Source: the human T2T-CHM13v2.0 reference genome, Homo sapiens
DNA length: 64,000 nucleotides
Reading direction: 5' to 3' (one strand)
NCBI RefSeq assembly: GCF_009914755.1
Contig: NC_060925.1
Part shown: positions 26,974 through 39,225 of the stretch, in pieces
Layout: every line of letters starts with the position of its first letter
Numbering within the stretch: position 1 is the first letter of the stretch
Position numbers and translations under genes: made by a program
Notes under the pieces: model-generated
What the model saw: the letters and a program-made list of their open reading frames with translations, nothing else
What the model was told of the DNA's origin: nothing
The model's database searches: none

Positions 26974-27741
26974 CTAGCGTTATTTTAGCCCTAACTAACA
27001 TTATTCTCTGGGTCAGTGAAACTTAAGTGGAATATATTGGGCAGTGACCTAATGGAGCATGAAGCAGGATTTGAATCACTTCCAAAGCTGTACACCAACC
27101 ACTTAGGCAAAGTAGTGATTTCAGTAACTTAGTATTTCAGTAACTGGTGCTCACAGGCAAATGCGTAATGGATTAACCCCATATTATTTAAATGCTTCCA
27201 AAAAGCTATAGGAAAATGGCCATTAAAAACAAACTGACAAATTTAGCCAACAGGCCACTATTTGACAATTCTGCAAGCTTATTTTTAAAATTCAGCTTAT
27301 CAAAACTGCCATTCCAGAAGCCAGGGACCTGAGTTTCCATAGAGGATGGAGTAGAATGGAGGGGCCTCTGTATAAATCTACCTCCTCGGGAACTGGGACA
27401 GTTCAGCATTCACCAGAGTAACGTATGAAGAAACAGGAGATTCCTACATGCTCCTGGGGATCCAGAAGAGAGACCACTCACATGACTGGAAGATTTCCAG
27501 CTCAGGTAACCACAAAGGCCATATATTTGGTGAATACAGGCAATGTTAGTTAGAATAAAACCAAATTTCTCTGAATAATATAAAGTCATTACTAATAAAA
27601 CTTTTATAGATTTTTCTCTGAAGAAATTTCCAGGAAGGTGTTAAGAGAAAGCCCTACAATTAAGGTATGGAGGCTGGCTGCAGGCCCTGAAAGCTACTCT
27701 GATGAGCAATGACTTAATGCTGATAGTGGGAAGTCTCTTGC

Positions 27742-27886
27742 CCACTGCAGGATACAGAGAATTCTTCCTCAACCCGAGGCTTCTGCTCATTCACTCCCTT
27801 CTCAGCAGGTCCCTTCTTCTCTGAGGGCTGATGCATCCCAGCCTTCTGCTGGGACATTTTCTCATGAAGAGCTCTCTTACAGCCGT
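27742..27886 (-). pseudogene. PDE4DIP-like exon 1 candidate (MSQQKAGMHQPSEKKGPAEKGVNEQKPRVEEEFSVSCSG), ATG at 27857
   Basis: Pyrimidine tract plus AG; open frame ending phase 2 (AGT GG|GCAAGA) that joins G AAG TAT of exon 2; weak similarity to PDE4DIP RVSQLEAQ...EELRSASWPG; non-canonical GC donor. Confidence 0.6.
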
Positions 27887-30200
27887 CTTTGAAAGGAAGG
27901 ACAGAGAAGAAAGATGTCTATGTCTTCACAATGGCCAGGCTTTTCTCCAAAACTACCTAAAGCAATTGAAACAAAATTATGGCTTACAGAGGTTAGATTA
28001 TTAGTGGAGATCCTGTAGGACGATAGAATCTCAAGAGCAGAGCCTACCAGGAAGTAGAGTGAAGCCTACAACTTCCTCAGCCATGAGGACCCAACAATCC
28101 ACTGGGTAAAAGAAAGATGCAGCAAGTGCTGGGGTGGGGTCAGGGTGGGTGCTGTTATGAGAAGGAAGGGGAGGTCCCACAGGTGTTTAGAAGAAAAAAC
28201 AGGCAATAAATGAATGAAAACAAATGGGGTTTAAACTAAGCTAAGGGATGAGTATTTTTGTTTCTTATAGCTGAGATAAGGTTCTTATGAAGTTCCCAGG
28301 GAATGTCCCTTCAGAGGTCAGGAAGCATTTTGCTTCCACAAGTTTTGAGAGTCATGAAGGCAGGAACACATTTTGAGATGCCAGAGCTCAAATCCCATGT
28401 CACTGGGACATCAACAATAGTGCTATGGGGAAGACTCAGGGTGCCAGCTCTTGAGTCACAATCACAGAATTAGAATGTGGAAGTAGCTACAGAACCCAAG
28501 GAAGCCCTGCCTTCTGATAGCTACACTCAATGCAAGGCTGCGTATTTCACCCTGGAGGTCTCTAACAGGGGAGGCCACCCCCTCAATAGCCAGCTTTTTT
28601 ACCCTTTTGCTTACGTTGTCAACCAATTTCTAAGCACAGCAAAATAACCTAAGTATACCTCTCCTTGAAAACATCAAAACATTTTCTCAGCAGCTTTTAT
28701 TTTCTTGAAGACAATTTCAGTAAAAACAATTCTTGTGGCTTTTCCTAAATGAATTTTTTTTTAACTTCTAGTGATTCTTACTCTTCGTTTTTAGGAACTC
28801 TCCAGGTTTTCACTTCCTACATTCTTTCAAGAGTATAGTGACTAAAACTGGAGAATAATCATTTAAGTCTGACTAATAAATTTAGCCTCATGTTGTATTA
28901 CTTTTTAATACATAATAAATAATATATCCCAATGCGATACTTGCTTCCTTTCCCTTGCAGTAGCAACGTGTAGGGGTTTCATTTAATATGAGGTCGATTT
29001 GAGCCTTCCAAACTCCCATTCCACCCACCTTTGCTTGCACTCATGGGAAGGCTCAGTCTATATCTGGTTTGCCCACATTCCTAGGCTACAGACCTCTAGG
29101 ACTCCCAATTTGAGAGGCGCCATTTTTTTGGAGGGTAGTGAATTTTGATTTCTGTCTCCTTTGCATCCTTCCCAATGAAAACTGCTTTCAGCCACTCTCT
29201 GCTAGCCTCTCACCAGCACAGAGCTCAATTCACAAATGCCTTGAGGGGAAAACCTTTACCAAGTGTTCAGTTCACATCTCAATTCATTCTAGAATCTTGG
29301 CTTTTCAAGTCAAAATACCTGGACAGCTCCACACGTCTACCCACTCCCCACCCCCATGAGGTTACTTAAAGTGCTGCTGTTTTCTCTGGTTTTTAACCAC
29401 TGCCCTCTCCCCAGCTTCTCAGCCTCTTGTCCCTTGCCAAGAACTAGCAAATACCCTGAGGGGGAAAAATTGTTTCATTCCAATGATCTTCTTTCTCTCC
29501 CTCTCTCTCTCCACCCGCTTTCTGTAGCTGGCCCTGTGGGTCCTAGCTTTTCAAAGACTTCAAACAGAATTCCTTTAAACCAGATTTTATCTACTTCTTT
29601 TCGAAGGGAGTGCTGGTTTGCCACAAAACTCCATCGTAACTGAAAGAGGAAATCTTCTACAAATTCCAGGTAAATCAAATTTTCCTACCTTGATTTCTGA
29701 AGAAAACAAAAAAAAGAGAAGAGGCCATTGGTAGTATATACTTGCATTTTTCTTGTAATACTTGCGTAAGTCTGAATGGGTATTAAAGGCTCTTGCTAGA
29801 ATCATGTGCCAAAGATTGTCTACCATGACCTAAACAATCAGGCCTGTCCAAGGTCCAAGAATTTGATCAGGTTGGATCCAGTCCTCTGGTGCACTAACAG
29901 AGATCCTGTTGGAGGATAGAATCCTGCTGTAGGATTCTACGTCTGTACTTTGAGTAGACACTTCAAGTAACCAGTTTTTCAGACACCTGGCCACTAATAT
30001 GGGGAGAAGAGTTCAAAAAAACCATTGAATATTTCTAATTTATTGTAGGGAATGTTAAAATTTCTCACTGGTACAGTTAGAAATGAAAACAAAGACAATA
30101 ATAATAGTAATAATAATAATAACTGTTTCAAGAGCATTATTATGTGACTGGCATTGTTTCTAAGTGCTTTACTGTGTAGTAACCTATTTAGTCCACATAA

Positions 30201-30553
<353 letters not shown>

Positions 30554-30794
30554 GATAGTGTTGATTATTACAACCCCTTGTTGCAGATGAGAACATTGCA
30601 CTGAAAGGCTGAGCTTACCTTTCCAAGGTCCCATCATCTCTATGAGAGTGAGAGCCAGGACTCATCCAGACCCTCGCTCTGAGCCATTAGGCTTGGTGGT
30701 AACTAAGAAGATCTCACTAAGATGTGCATTCCCTCCTTCTTGCTCAATCTCCAAGATTTCAAGGACAAAATGGAAATTAAAAGTAAGGCCTACA

Positions 30795-31440
30795 AGATGG
30801 CTATTATTTTAAAAAGAAGGAAAGAAAATTATCAGTGTTGGTGATGATGTGGAAAAATTGAAACCCCTGTGCACTGTTGTTTGGAATCTATTAGGTTGGT
30901 GCAAAAGTAACTGCGGTTTTTGTCATTACTTTTAATGGCAAAAATCGCAATTACTTTTGCACCAACCTAATAAAATGGTACAGCCACTGTGGAAACCCAT
31001 ATGGTGGTTCCTCAAAATATTAAAAATAATTATCACATGATCCAACAAATTTACTTCTGGATATATACTCAAAAGAACTGAAAGCAAGGATTCAAAGAGA
31101 TATTTGTGCACCTGCATCAATAGCAGTATTACAATAACTAAAGAAGGGAAACAACCCAAGTGTCCAACAACAGGTAAATGAATAAACAAAATGTGGCAAA
31201 TACATGCAGTGGAATATTATTCAGCCTTAAAAAAGAAAAGAAATTCTGACACATGCTACAACATAGATGAACATGAGGATATTATGCAAAGTGAAATAAA
31301 CCAGTCACAAAAGGAAAAATACTATATAATTCTGCTTATATGAAGTACCTAGAGTAGTCAAAGTCATAGAGACAGGAAATAATGGCGGTTGTGCCAGGGG
31401 CTAGGGAGGGAAGAATGGGAAATTAATGGGTATAGGGTTT
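30795..31440 (+). mobile_element. L1MA-type 3' fragment
   Basis: aaacccctgtgcactgttg...ggaatattattcagccttaaaaa...aaggaaaaatactatataat. Confidence 0.85.
30891..30970. mobile_element. MADE1 mariner MITE (80 bp, TA TSD)
   Basis: ttaggttggtgcaaaagtaa...ttacttttgcaccaacctaa flanked by TA. Confidence 0.95.
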
Positions 31441-32152
31441 AGGAACTTTAGTCTAAGAAAGGAGAATATTGGATGCCAGAAATTCAGTTTTCTTTCTGTT
31501 CCAAGATCCCTTTAGCTAGAGCGACATATTGAAGTCAGAGTTCCTAAGGGAAAATCATTGTGTATGGAGATCATCCTTGTGGATCAAATGTGAATCAATA
31601 GTAGATCAAAAGATATTCCACTTTTGCAGATATTGACATTTGTTGGACCCGTAAGATTTTATCTAGTATTAGATAGATAAGATGTGAACCACTTCTCAAC
31701 GCTGCAGACTCAAATACTAGGAAATACTAAGAACCTCAGGACAAACAAATAGCCAGTCCAAAAAGACTCACAGACTAGATAAGCTGTCATCTACCACCTA
31801 ACAGATAATGTATCCCTGTTAACCACTATCTCCAGATGTTCATTTCATAAAATCAAAAACAGAATTCCATGTGGATCATGGAAAAAAATAGTTGACAATG
31901 TACAAATGAGAGAAAAAATACTTGTCCAAGAATTACATTTAGTGTCTAAAAGCCAAATAGCTCAATTTCTGCTCATGAGATTCAACAGATGAACTGAGGG
32001 AACATATGCCGATAGCTCTGAGATTACAGGTCCGCATGGGATGCCCATAAGGTGCAGGATTCTATTAGCTAAGATTATATGTCTCAGGTGGGCAAATCTT
32101 TGTGGACATAGCAAGAAAAAAGAAAAACTGTCAAGGAATAATACAGAGACAG

Positions 32153-32542
32153 TGTGATGGTTAATTTTATGTGTTAACTTGGCTAGACCACAGTGCCCAG
32201 GTATGTGGTCAAATATAATTCTGGAGGTTTCTGAGAAAGGGTATTTTGGATGAGAGTAACATTTGCATTAGTAGACTTTGAGTAGAGCAGGTTGCCCCAT
32301 GTCATGTGGGTGGACCTCATCCAATCAGTGGAAGGCCTGAATGGAATGAGATTGACCTTCCTGGAAGAAGAGGAAATTCTACCAACAGAATATCTTAGGA
32401 CTCAAATAACAACTCTTCCCTGGGTCTCCAGCCTGCCTGCCTTGAACTTTCACAATCATGTGAGCTAATTCCTTAAAATAAATCAATAAAAATAGATGAT
32501 AGATGGATGATTCTGTTTCTCTGGAGAACCTTGACTAATACA
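32153..32542 (+). mobile_element. MLT2-type ERVL solo LTR
   Basis: tgtgatggttaattttatgtg...ttctgtttctctggagaaccttgactaataca. Confidence 0.9.
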
Positions 32543-32759
32543 GATAGCATACTAATTCACCCTTGCCATTTATAGAGGAAAGAGTGGAGTAATAAATATC
32601 AGAATATCTTCTCCAGACTGGTCACCACAGAAACAAATTGTAGCTGTACAAAATATCTTGGAAGTTTAGCTGAAGAGATGAGGAGATACTCTACTGCTCA
32701 ATGTGCGCCATGTCATCTGTTGTACCTCCCCTTAGTTAAGTCAGGAGGGCAACACTCCC

Positions 32760-33075
32760 TTTATTTTTTATTTTATTTTGTACGTATGTGTGTGTGAGAT
32801 GGAGTCTCGCTCTGTGGCCCAGGCTGGAGTACAGTGGCGTGATCTTGGCTCACTGCAACCCTGCTTCCCAGGTTCAAGTGATTCTTGTGCTTCAGCCTCC
32901 CGAGTAGCTAAGATTACAGGCACAGGTCACCACCTGTGGTAATTTTTGTGTTTTTAGTAGAGATGGGGCTTTGCTATTTTGGCCAGACTGGTCTCGAACT
33001 CCTGACCTCAGGTGATCCGCCCACCTCGGCCTTCCAAAGTGCTGGGATTACAGGTGTGAGCCACAGCTCTCGGCC
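32760..33075 (-). mobile_element. Alu
   Basis: Reverse Alu consensus. Confidence 0.93.
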
Positions 33076-33815
33076 CCTCTATTTATCAGACAGATGTATA
33101 GAAAGTTTATTGTGCTAGCAACAGTATGAAGAAAAGGATTCTCTGAGTTGAAAAAACAAATTGGAATATAAATTGGTACCACTTCTATGGAAGGCAAATT
33201 TACAGGGCTTATTAATTAAAATAAAAAATGTGTACTGTAACCACTATGATACAGCAGTTGCGCTTCCAGAACTCTACCCTATAGAAATCCGTGTACAAAT
33301 AGCAAAAGATATTTGTACAAGAATGATGACTGCAGCATTATTTGTAATCGTAAATTCATGGAACAAACTTAATTTAAAAAACAACATGTAAAGGGTTAGA
33401 TGATGGAATAAACAAAAGAAGAAATGCCTTCATCAAAAATAATGCAGAGGATAATAATAATCTTGAGTCTACTGATAACATTATTGATCGAGCAATTATT
33501 AAATCTAGGCACATCCTGCAAATGCGATATTATTACCATCCTCATATTACAGTTGAAAAAATATTGAGGTACAAATAGCTTGTCAATAGCCCAAAGGCAC
33601 AAAGAGAAGCAAGATTTCACCCAGAACCCGTGAACAGATCACACAAAATTTCTCTTGTTCCCTGGTCCAAGGAACTTCTGTACCTTCCAACTACATTTCT
33701 TTCCAACAGAGACCTTCTTGGAGGATGAGAAGCAGCCACTAGTTGACAGGAGGGGAAGTGAGGCATGTAGTCTTCAAGGGAGCAGACCACCGTGGGAGTT
33801 ATAAAAGATCAGCGA

Positions 33816-33889
33816 CGCCTCTGGGTGGGTTCAAACCACCAACCTTTTAGTTAACAGCCAAAAGCGCTAGCCGATTGCGCCACAGAGAC
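33816..33889 (-). tRNA. tRNA-Asn(GTT) variant
   Basis: Reverse complement GTCTCTGTGGCGCAATCGGCTAGCGCTTTTGGCTGTTAACTAAAAGGTTGGTGGTTTGAACCCACCCAGAGGCG. Cloverleaf still pairs; T-loop reads TTTGA; TTTT terminator at 33803-33806. Confidence 0.92.
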
Positions 33890-34249
33890 ATGGCTGAGCT
33901 CCTAATTTCGTTCTAAAAGAGGGTAAGCTGTCACTAAACGCTAGCTAGCACCATCCGCCTTTTGCAAAATGACTGGGTAATCTCCAAAGCCTCGGAAAGC
34001 CGGAGCAGTCAGAGCGACGAATCTACTTGTTTGTCAAGCTTGAAACCTGTGCACTGAGTGATTCCGAAACACCCCGCACCCCGCCTTGCCCCCTCACCTG
34101 CCTCAGAAGCCGGCGCTTCCGGAGATGCCGGGATCGCGACTCCTGTTAGAGCGACTTGGGCCCCAGGGAAGCTGAAACGCCCAGGGCGCTCAATTAGGAC
34201 TTGTTGAATTAATAATACATTTGAGAGACAGAATATACAATCGAACAAT

Positions 34250-34780
34250 GGCCGGACTGTACGTAAAAATATAACTCTGATCCACAACCTGGGGCCACCT
34301 GCCCAAGAAATCAACTTCCTTATCTACGAATAAACAACCGGGGAAGCCAGCCTGCTATTATATAAGTCAGACTCACAGGGAGCCAGGCAGTTATCTGTAG
34401 TAACAAACAATAACATCCATAACAATCGGCTCCAAATGGCAAGAGCTTGGTTAGTAACTGACACTTTCCCTAATTTATGTTCCCACTTGCAACTTAGGAC
34501 CAACCAGGGAAAGCCAAATATGCACCCCTAACCAAGCACACTGGATGTCCCCCTTCTAGTTAGCCCACAGGCAGCTTCCCCACACCAGCAGTCTCCAATC
34601 AGGGCACACCTGAAGCCTTCCCTTTCCTCAGCTATAAAGCTGTCCCACTCCTCTACCTGCCTTCTAAGCTCTGTCAAAATGCAAGTGCCGGTGGCTGATG
34701 CCGGTGGCTGACGCCCTTGCGTCAGAATAAATAACCATTGCTTTTTTCATTTGATGGGCCTTCGTTTTCACACTTTGTCA
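34250..34780 (+). mobile_element. ERV-class solo LTR (subfamily not assigned)
   Basis: gaccaaccagggaaagccaaatatgcacccctaaccaa motif, TATA-like gctataaag, AATAAA, ends ...gtca. Confidence 0.65.
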
Positions 34781-36049
34781 TCTTTAAGCTTTTAGCCCTT
34801 TGAAGGATTCTGAGACTGGAAAATAAATGAAAGGATTTTTCAAAGGGGGAAGTTCTTTTTTTAAAGGCTTTATTCTGGTCAATTGATTTCCAAGTGTGCA
34901 ATGTCCCATGGGGTAGGCCACAAAGAGGCCTAGAGTGCACCATCTGTGCGGCTGCAGCTCCTGGCTCTCAACAGAACTGAGATCTAAGTCCTCATGATCT
35001 GATCAGCTTCCGAGGGCCTAAACCTCCTATTACCACCAACTTGGGGATTAGGAGTTCAACAAATAAATTTGGTGAGGGGACGCAGACACACAAACATTCA
35101 GACCATAGCAATGCATAAAGGTAGCTCATCACTGAAGTTTTAATTTGTGTTTCCCTAACGAGTAATGATTTTGAACATTTTTCTTATGTCTTTTGGGGTC
35201 AGTGGGCAAGATCAGGAAAGGGGCAGGGACCAAAGGAGACATGAAGAGGGAAACAGCAGGGACAATGACACCTCCCAGGAGACTTGTGCAGAGGCAAAGG
35301 CTGGATCCTGAGAGATGAGAATTATTTTTGTCATGTATTTGAATGAGAAGAAATAGAAAAAGGACATGAAAGAGAAAAAACACAAGAACTTGTAGCTATC
35401 CAAGAACAAAACAGGAAAATATCGTGGATATTTTTGCATCAAAAATATTAAAAGCAGCCCACTGGCAACCCCAGGTTTATGGTGCACCATGATGATATAA
35501 CAGTTAGTGCTCTTCATTGTGACCGAAGCAACCTTGGCTGGAATTGGAGCCACAGTAGCATCTGGCTTCCTTCTTGGCAAGATTTGGTATGTGTTACAGT
35601 TTCACTTTTTAAATCCCCTTACCAACTGCACCCAGTAGCTGTGGTCAGAGAGCAGAGTTTACTGTGTCTCCCTGTGACGCAGTCAGGACAAGAGAAGGAA
35701 ACCCCTACAGTGCACTAACCTACGGCAGAATCTTTGGGGAAGGTTAGAAGGGACCGTGTGTCTGAGCATGTGCAGGAACCATCTCAAAAGGTAAAGCCCT
35801 GTCTCTTCAGGAGCCTTGTCTGTAGCTTCAACTGACGTAATGGTGTGGTAATAACCATTTTTCTGGCTGAGATATTTCAAAGGTCAGTAAGGCCTTTTTA
35901 GATGCAATGGCAATGAGCTTTGTACGAGTTCTCATTCAACAGGGTATTTTACAATAAAATCTGATCATATAAAACCCAATAAATGTAATAGAACCTAAAC
36001 TTGATGCCATCCTCCACCTCCCCCACCTAATTATTTGGCGGGGGAATGG

Positions 36050-36490
36050 GAGCGCTAATAGTACATTATTGAAGTATAATTCACATAGAGTAACATGCAC
36101 AAATCTTAAGGGCATAGAAACGTAACCATCGCCTAGATCAAGTTATAGAAAATTTCCATCAGCCCAGAAAGGTCAATAACCTCCTTTAGATTCCCATCCA
36201 CCTTCCTTTCACTTAGACAAACCATTCTGATTTCTATCTTCACAGACAAATGTTGACTGCTTCTGAAATTCACATAAATGAATATACTTTTTTGTGTCTG
36301 ACTTCTAATTTCCTGCAGCATAATGTTTTTGAGATGCATCCATGTTTTTAGTATATTATTTTGGTGTTATTGATGACTGTTATTTCTGTGTGGATGACTG
36401 GGTTATTTCCAATTCTGGCTCTCGTGAACAAAGCTGCTATATTCTAGTACAATTCTTTTTGTAGACATATGCACCCATTTCCTTTGCTAA
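36050..36490 (-). mobile_element. Old L1M 3'UTR fragment
   Basis: gaagtataattcacatag...gcataatgtttttgagatgcatccatg...ttttgtagacatatgc. Confidence 0.8.
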
Positions 36491-37227
36491 GACTTTAAAG
36501 TATTCTTTCTTCAAGTTAAGGGCAGTTTTTAAATAGTTATCAGTTGCATTCTTGGAATTCACAGAAAGCTTGGGGAGAAACAATCCGACGGCACAAGTTC
36601 AAGTGCCCAACGGGGTGGAGAAGGGACTGCATACTCACTGGTTGCCAGGCCGAGGTTGTCCGCCTTGCCTGCTTTGGCTGAGACTGGAGACGGAAACTCC
36701 ATTCAACAGCGACTGGAGGACTGAAACAGGGCGCAAGAGGGCGGCTGCCCTTCACCTACTGGTCCCTCCCTGCCTTGGCGCCTTCGGAGTTCGGACTGAC
36801 CCGGGATGTTGCCGGAGCCGGCAGGAACTGCAAACTCACCGCGCGCGTCCCTGCACACCCGCACCTGCGCCTCGAGAACTCCTGGCCAGTTGAATACCCG
36901 GTCTGCCGCCGAGCTTCGCTGCAGGTCACAGGAAAGGGGTGCAGGGTTGCGTACCCGGCGGGAGAAGCCGCGCGGAGAGGACCAGGTGCTGCTACTGGCC
37001 TCCGAGAAGACAGGCCTAGAGTAGCTGATTTTGACCTGCAGGGCCAAAGTCTAACGGCGGCCTAAAACCCTAACGTCTGGGCCAGCCGCGGGTAGCTAGT
37101 TGAAGCGATCTCTATGCCTTGCTTGTCGTTTGCCAAAATTCAGACCAAGAAAGAGAATAGTTGTGTGGATCAAAGTCTGCAATTAACCAGAAAAGAAACA
37201 TAATCCTGTGTTAGCTTACTTAGGAAA

Positions 37228-37290
37228 AAAGGAAGAAGGAAGGAAAGAAGGAAGGAAGGGAGGAAAGGATGGAGGGAGGGAAGAAAGATG
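37228..37290. repeat. (GGAA)n purine tract
   Basis: ggaagaaggaaggaaagaaggaaggaagggaggaaagg. Confidence 0.85.
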
Positions 37291-37989
37291 AAAAAATCAA
37301 CCAAAAAAAGAACATAATTTCCTAACTAATCGGATGTGGGTCATGAGAGAAAGACCTGCGTCGAGTTTTTGGCCTGAACGTGTGGAGGGTGGAGTTGCCA
37401 TTAACTAACCTGGGAAAAGGCAGGTGTACTACGTTGTAGAGAAAATATCCGGAATTCCGTTCAGGGCCCTGGGGTCTTCCTTGAAAGAGTTTTCTATCCA
37501 GGCCGTCTCGGTTTCCGCATCCGTCTGAGTCGTTTATGATGTCGGGAATGCAGGAATCTGAGTCCTTTATGATGTTGAGGGTGCCACGGTCTCACCCCGG
37601 GCGCCTCCCCGCTCCAGCCTCCTCCCGGAAACCTGGTGCGCTCTGGCCCCGCCGACCAGGGACAGTCTCTCCACGCGCTGCCGCCTAGCAAAGGCGCATC
37701 TTTAGGTCGGTAGTGAGGTGCGGCCGGGACGCTGCAACTCGCTCCGGGACTTGTAAACCTGGCAGGTGTTCGAGGAGCGCCACTGGCTGGAAGGAAAGGA
37801 GAGAGCTCTGCACGTCGCGTGTGGGCTCGCAACTTGGAGAAAGCAGGGAGAGGACAGTCTTTTGGGACTATTCCTTGGATGGGCAGGTGGCACCAGGAAG
37901 GGTAGATGGAGCTTTCTAGAGGTCAATGTCAGCGTAATTTCTGCTGAAACAATTGAAGGAGGAAAAAAAAAAAGTATGTGCTTTGTGGT

Positions 37990-38058
37990 TCCCTGGTAGT
38001 CTAGTGGCTAAAGTTTGGCGCTCTCACCGCCGGGACTGGTTGATTCCAGATCAGGGCA
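37990..38058 (+). pseudogene. tRNA-Glu(CTC)-like pseudogene
   Basis: TCCCTGGTAGTCTAGTGGCTAAAGTTTGGCGCTCTCACCGCCGGGACTGGTTGATTCCAGATCAGGGCA. Acceptor and anticodon arms recognisable; 3 nt lost in the variable/T arm, B-box broken. Confidence 0.88.
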
Positions 38059-39144
38059 CTGGGTCTCGGCCTCACTGTGAGGTATTGTTCTTTCCTGTGT
38101 TTGCCATCTACCACCGCTGTGGCTCAATTATTTCAAGACTGCTGGAGAAATGGAATTAATGTCGATCCTAAAATTTAAGCTATTTATCTAGGATAAATTC
38201 CAAATAGTGGAACTGCTAGGTGAAATTTATTGTGAATTTAAGATTCCGATATATACAGCCCTACAACGTATAAGCACCAATTACATTCCCCAAAGTGTGT
38301 GAGACTGCGTCTTTTCCCCAGAATTTAAAACCAATGCTAGAAATTATCAGTCTTTTAGAGATAATTTTAAGCTTATTTATCATCAAAGGATTTCTTCATA
38401 GTCAATTTCCCCTTAGACTATAAATCCGCAAGAGATGGCAAAGCTGGAAGAACTGCCTAGAATTTCAGCAAACTTGAATTCAATAGTCTCTCTGTTTTTT
38501 CCTGTTTTGGCACCTACCCTTTTCTTCCAGTTAAGATTGGACACAATAGAAAAATAATTAATAAATGTAATAAAAATGTAAGCCTGGACGTTTTGCTCAC
38601 AGTGTTCTCACTGGGTCTAAATTTTGTGAATGTGGTTCCTTGGATGGTCTCATGGGTATGCTTGAGACTTTAGGCCCTTGGGACACCTGGTGCACAGAAG
38701 GGTCCCAAAACCCATCTTTGGAAGTGTTGGCAGAGTAAATAGGCACCAGTAATAAAGGCAACGGCGCCTGAAGACCTAAGGCTGGTTTAAACCAAAGCAG
38801 ATTTTTCAAAACCAGAGAGGGCTTGTGTTCATAATTTAATAATTTAATTTTTATTTTGATGAAATTTAAATTTGATTTAAATTTTCATAATTTAATTTTC
38901 ATTTTGATGGCCACTTTATTTTGACAAAGACACTAGTGGAGGAAAGTCTCTTTATCGTATCATCAATTTCCCTATAAATCTTTGTCTCAGAAAAATTTAA
39001 TAATAATTTCATAATAAATTATAATAAATAATGTTTCACATCTTACATTATTCACTTTTGATTTAGTTGGCTTGTGCTGTCAATATGCTGCCCACTGTAT
39101 AACACTACCTGATGAATTACATTCAACTATGTAGTAATACATAT

Positions 39145-39225
39145 TACTACATATACACACACACGTATACATGTGTATATACATATACACATGTATACGT
39201 GTGTGGGTATATATGTATATATAAC
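39145..39225. repeat. TA/CA low-complexity tract forming a palindrome
   Basis: 23-bp perfect arms at 39158-39180 and 39183-39205. Confidence 0.9.

Larger units (their letters stand above)
36580..38070. promoter_or_regulatory. Bipartite CpG island (36580-37110 and 37480-38070) next to the Glu tRNA copy
   Basis: High GC and CpG density in non-repeat sequence. Confidence 0.7.

Noticed and set aside
34686-34711. 13-bp tandem duplication tgccggtggctga x2 (and AT-rich duplications near 38830-38910)
   Set aside because: Ordinary slippage; no spacer structure, not CRISPR-like.
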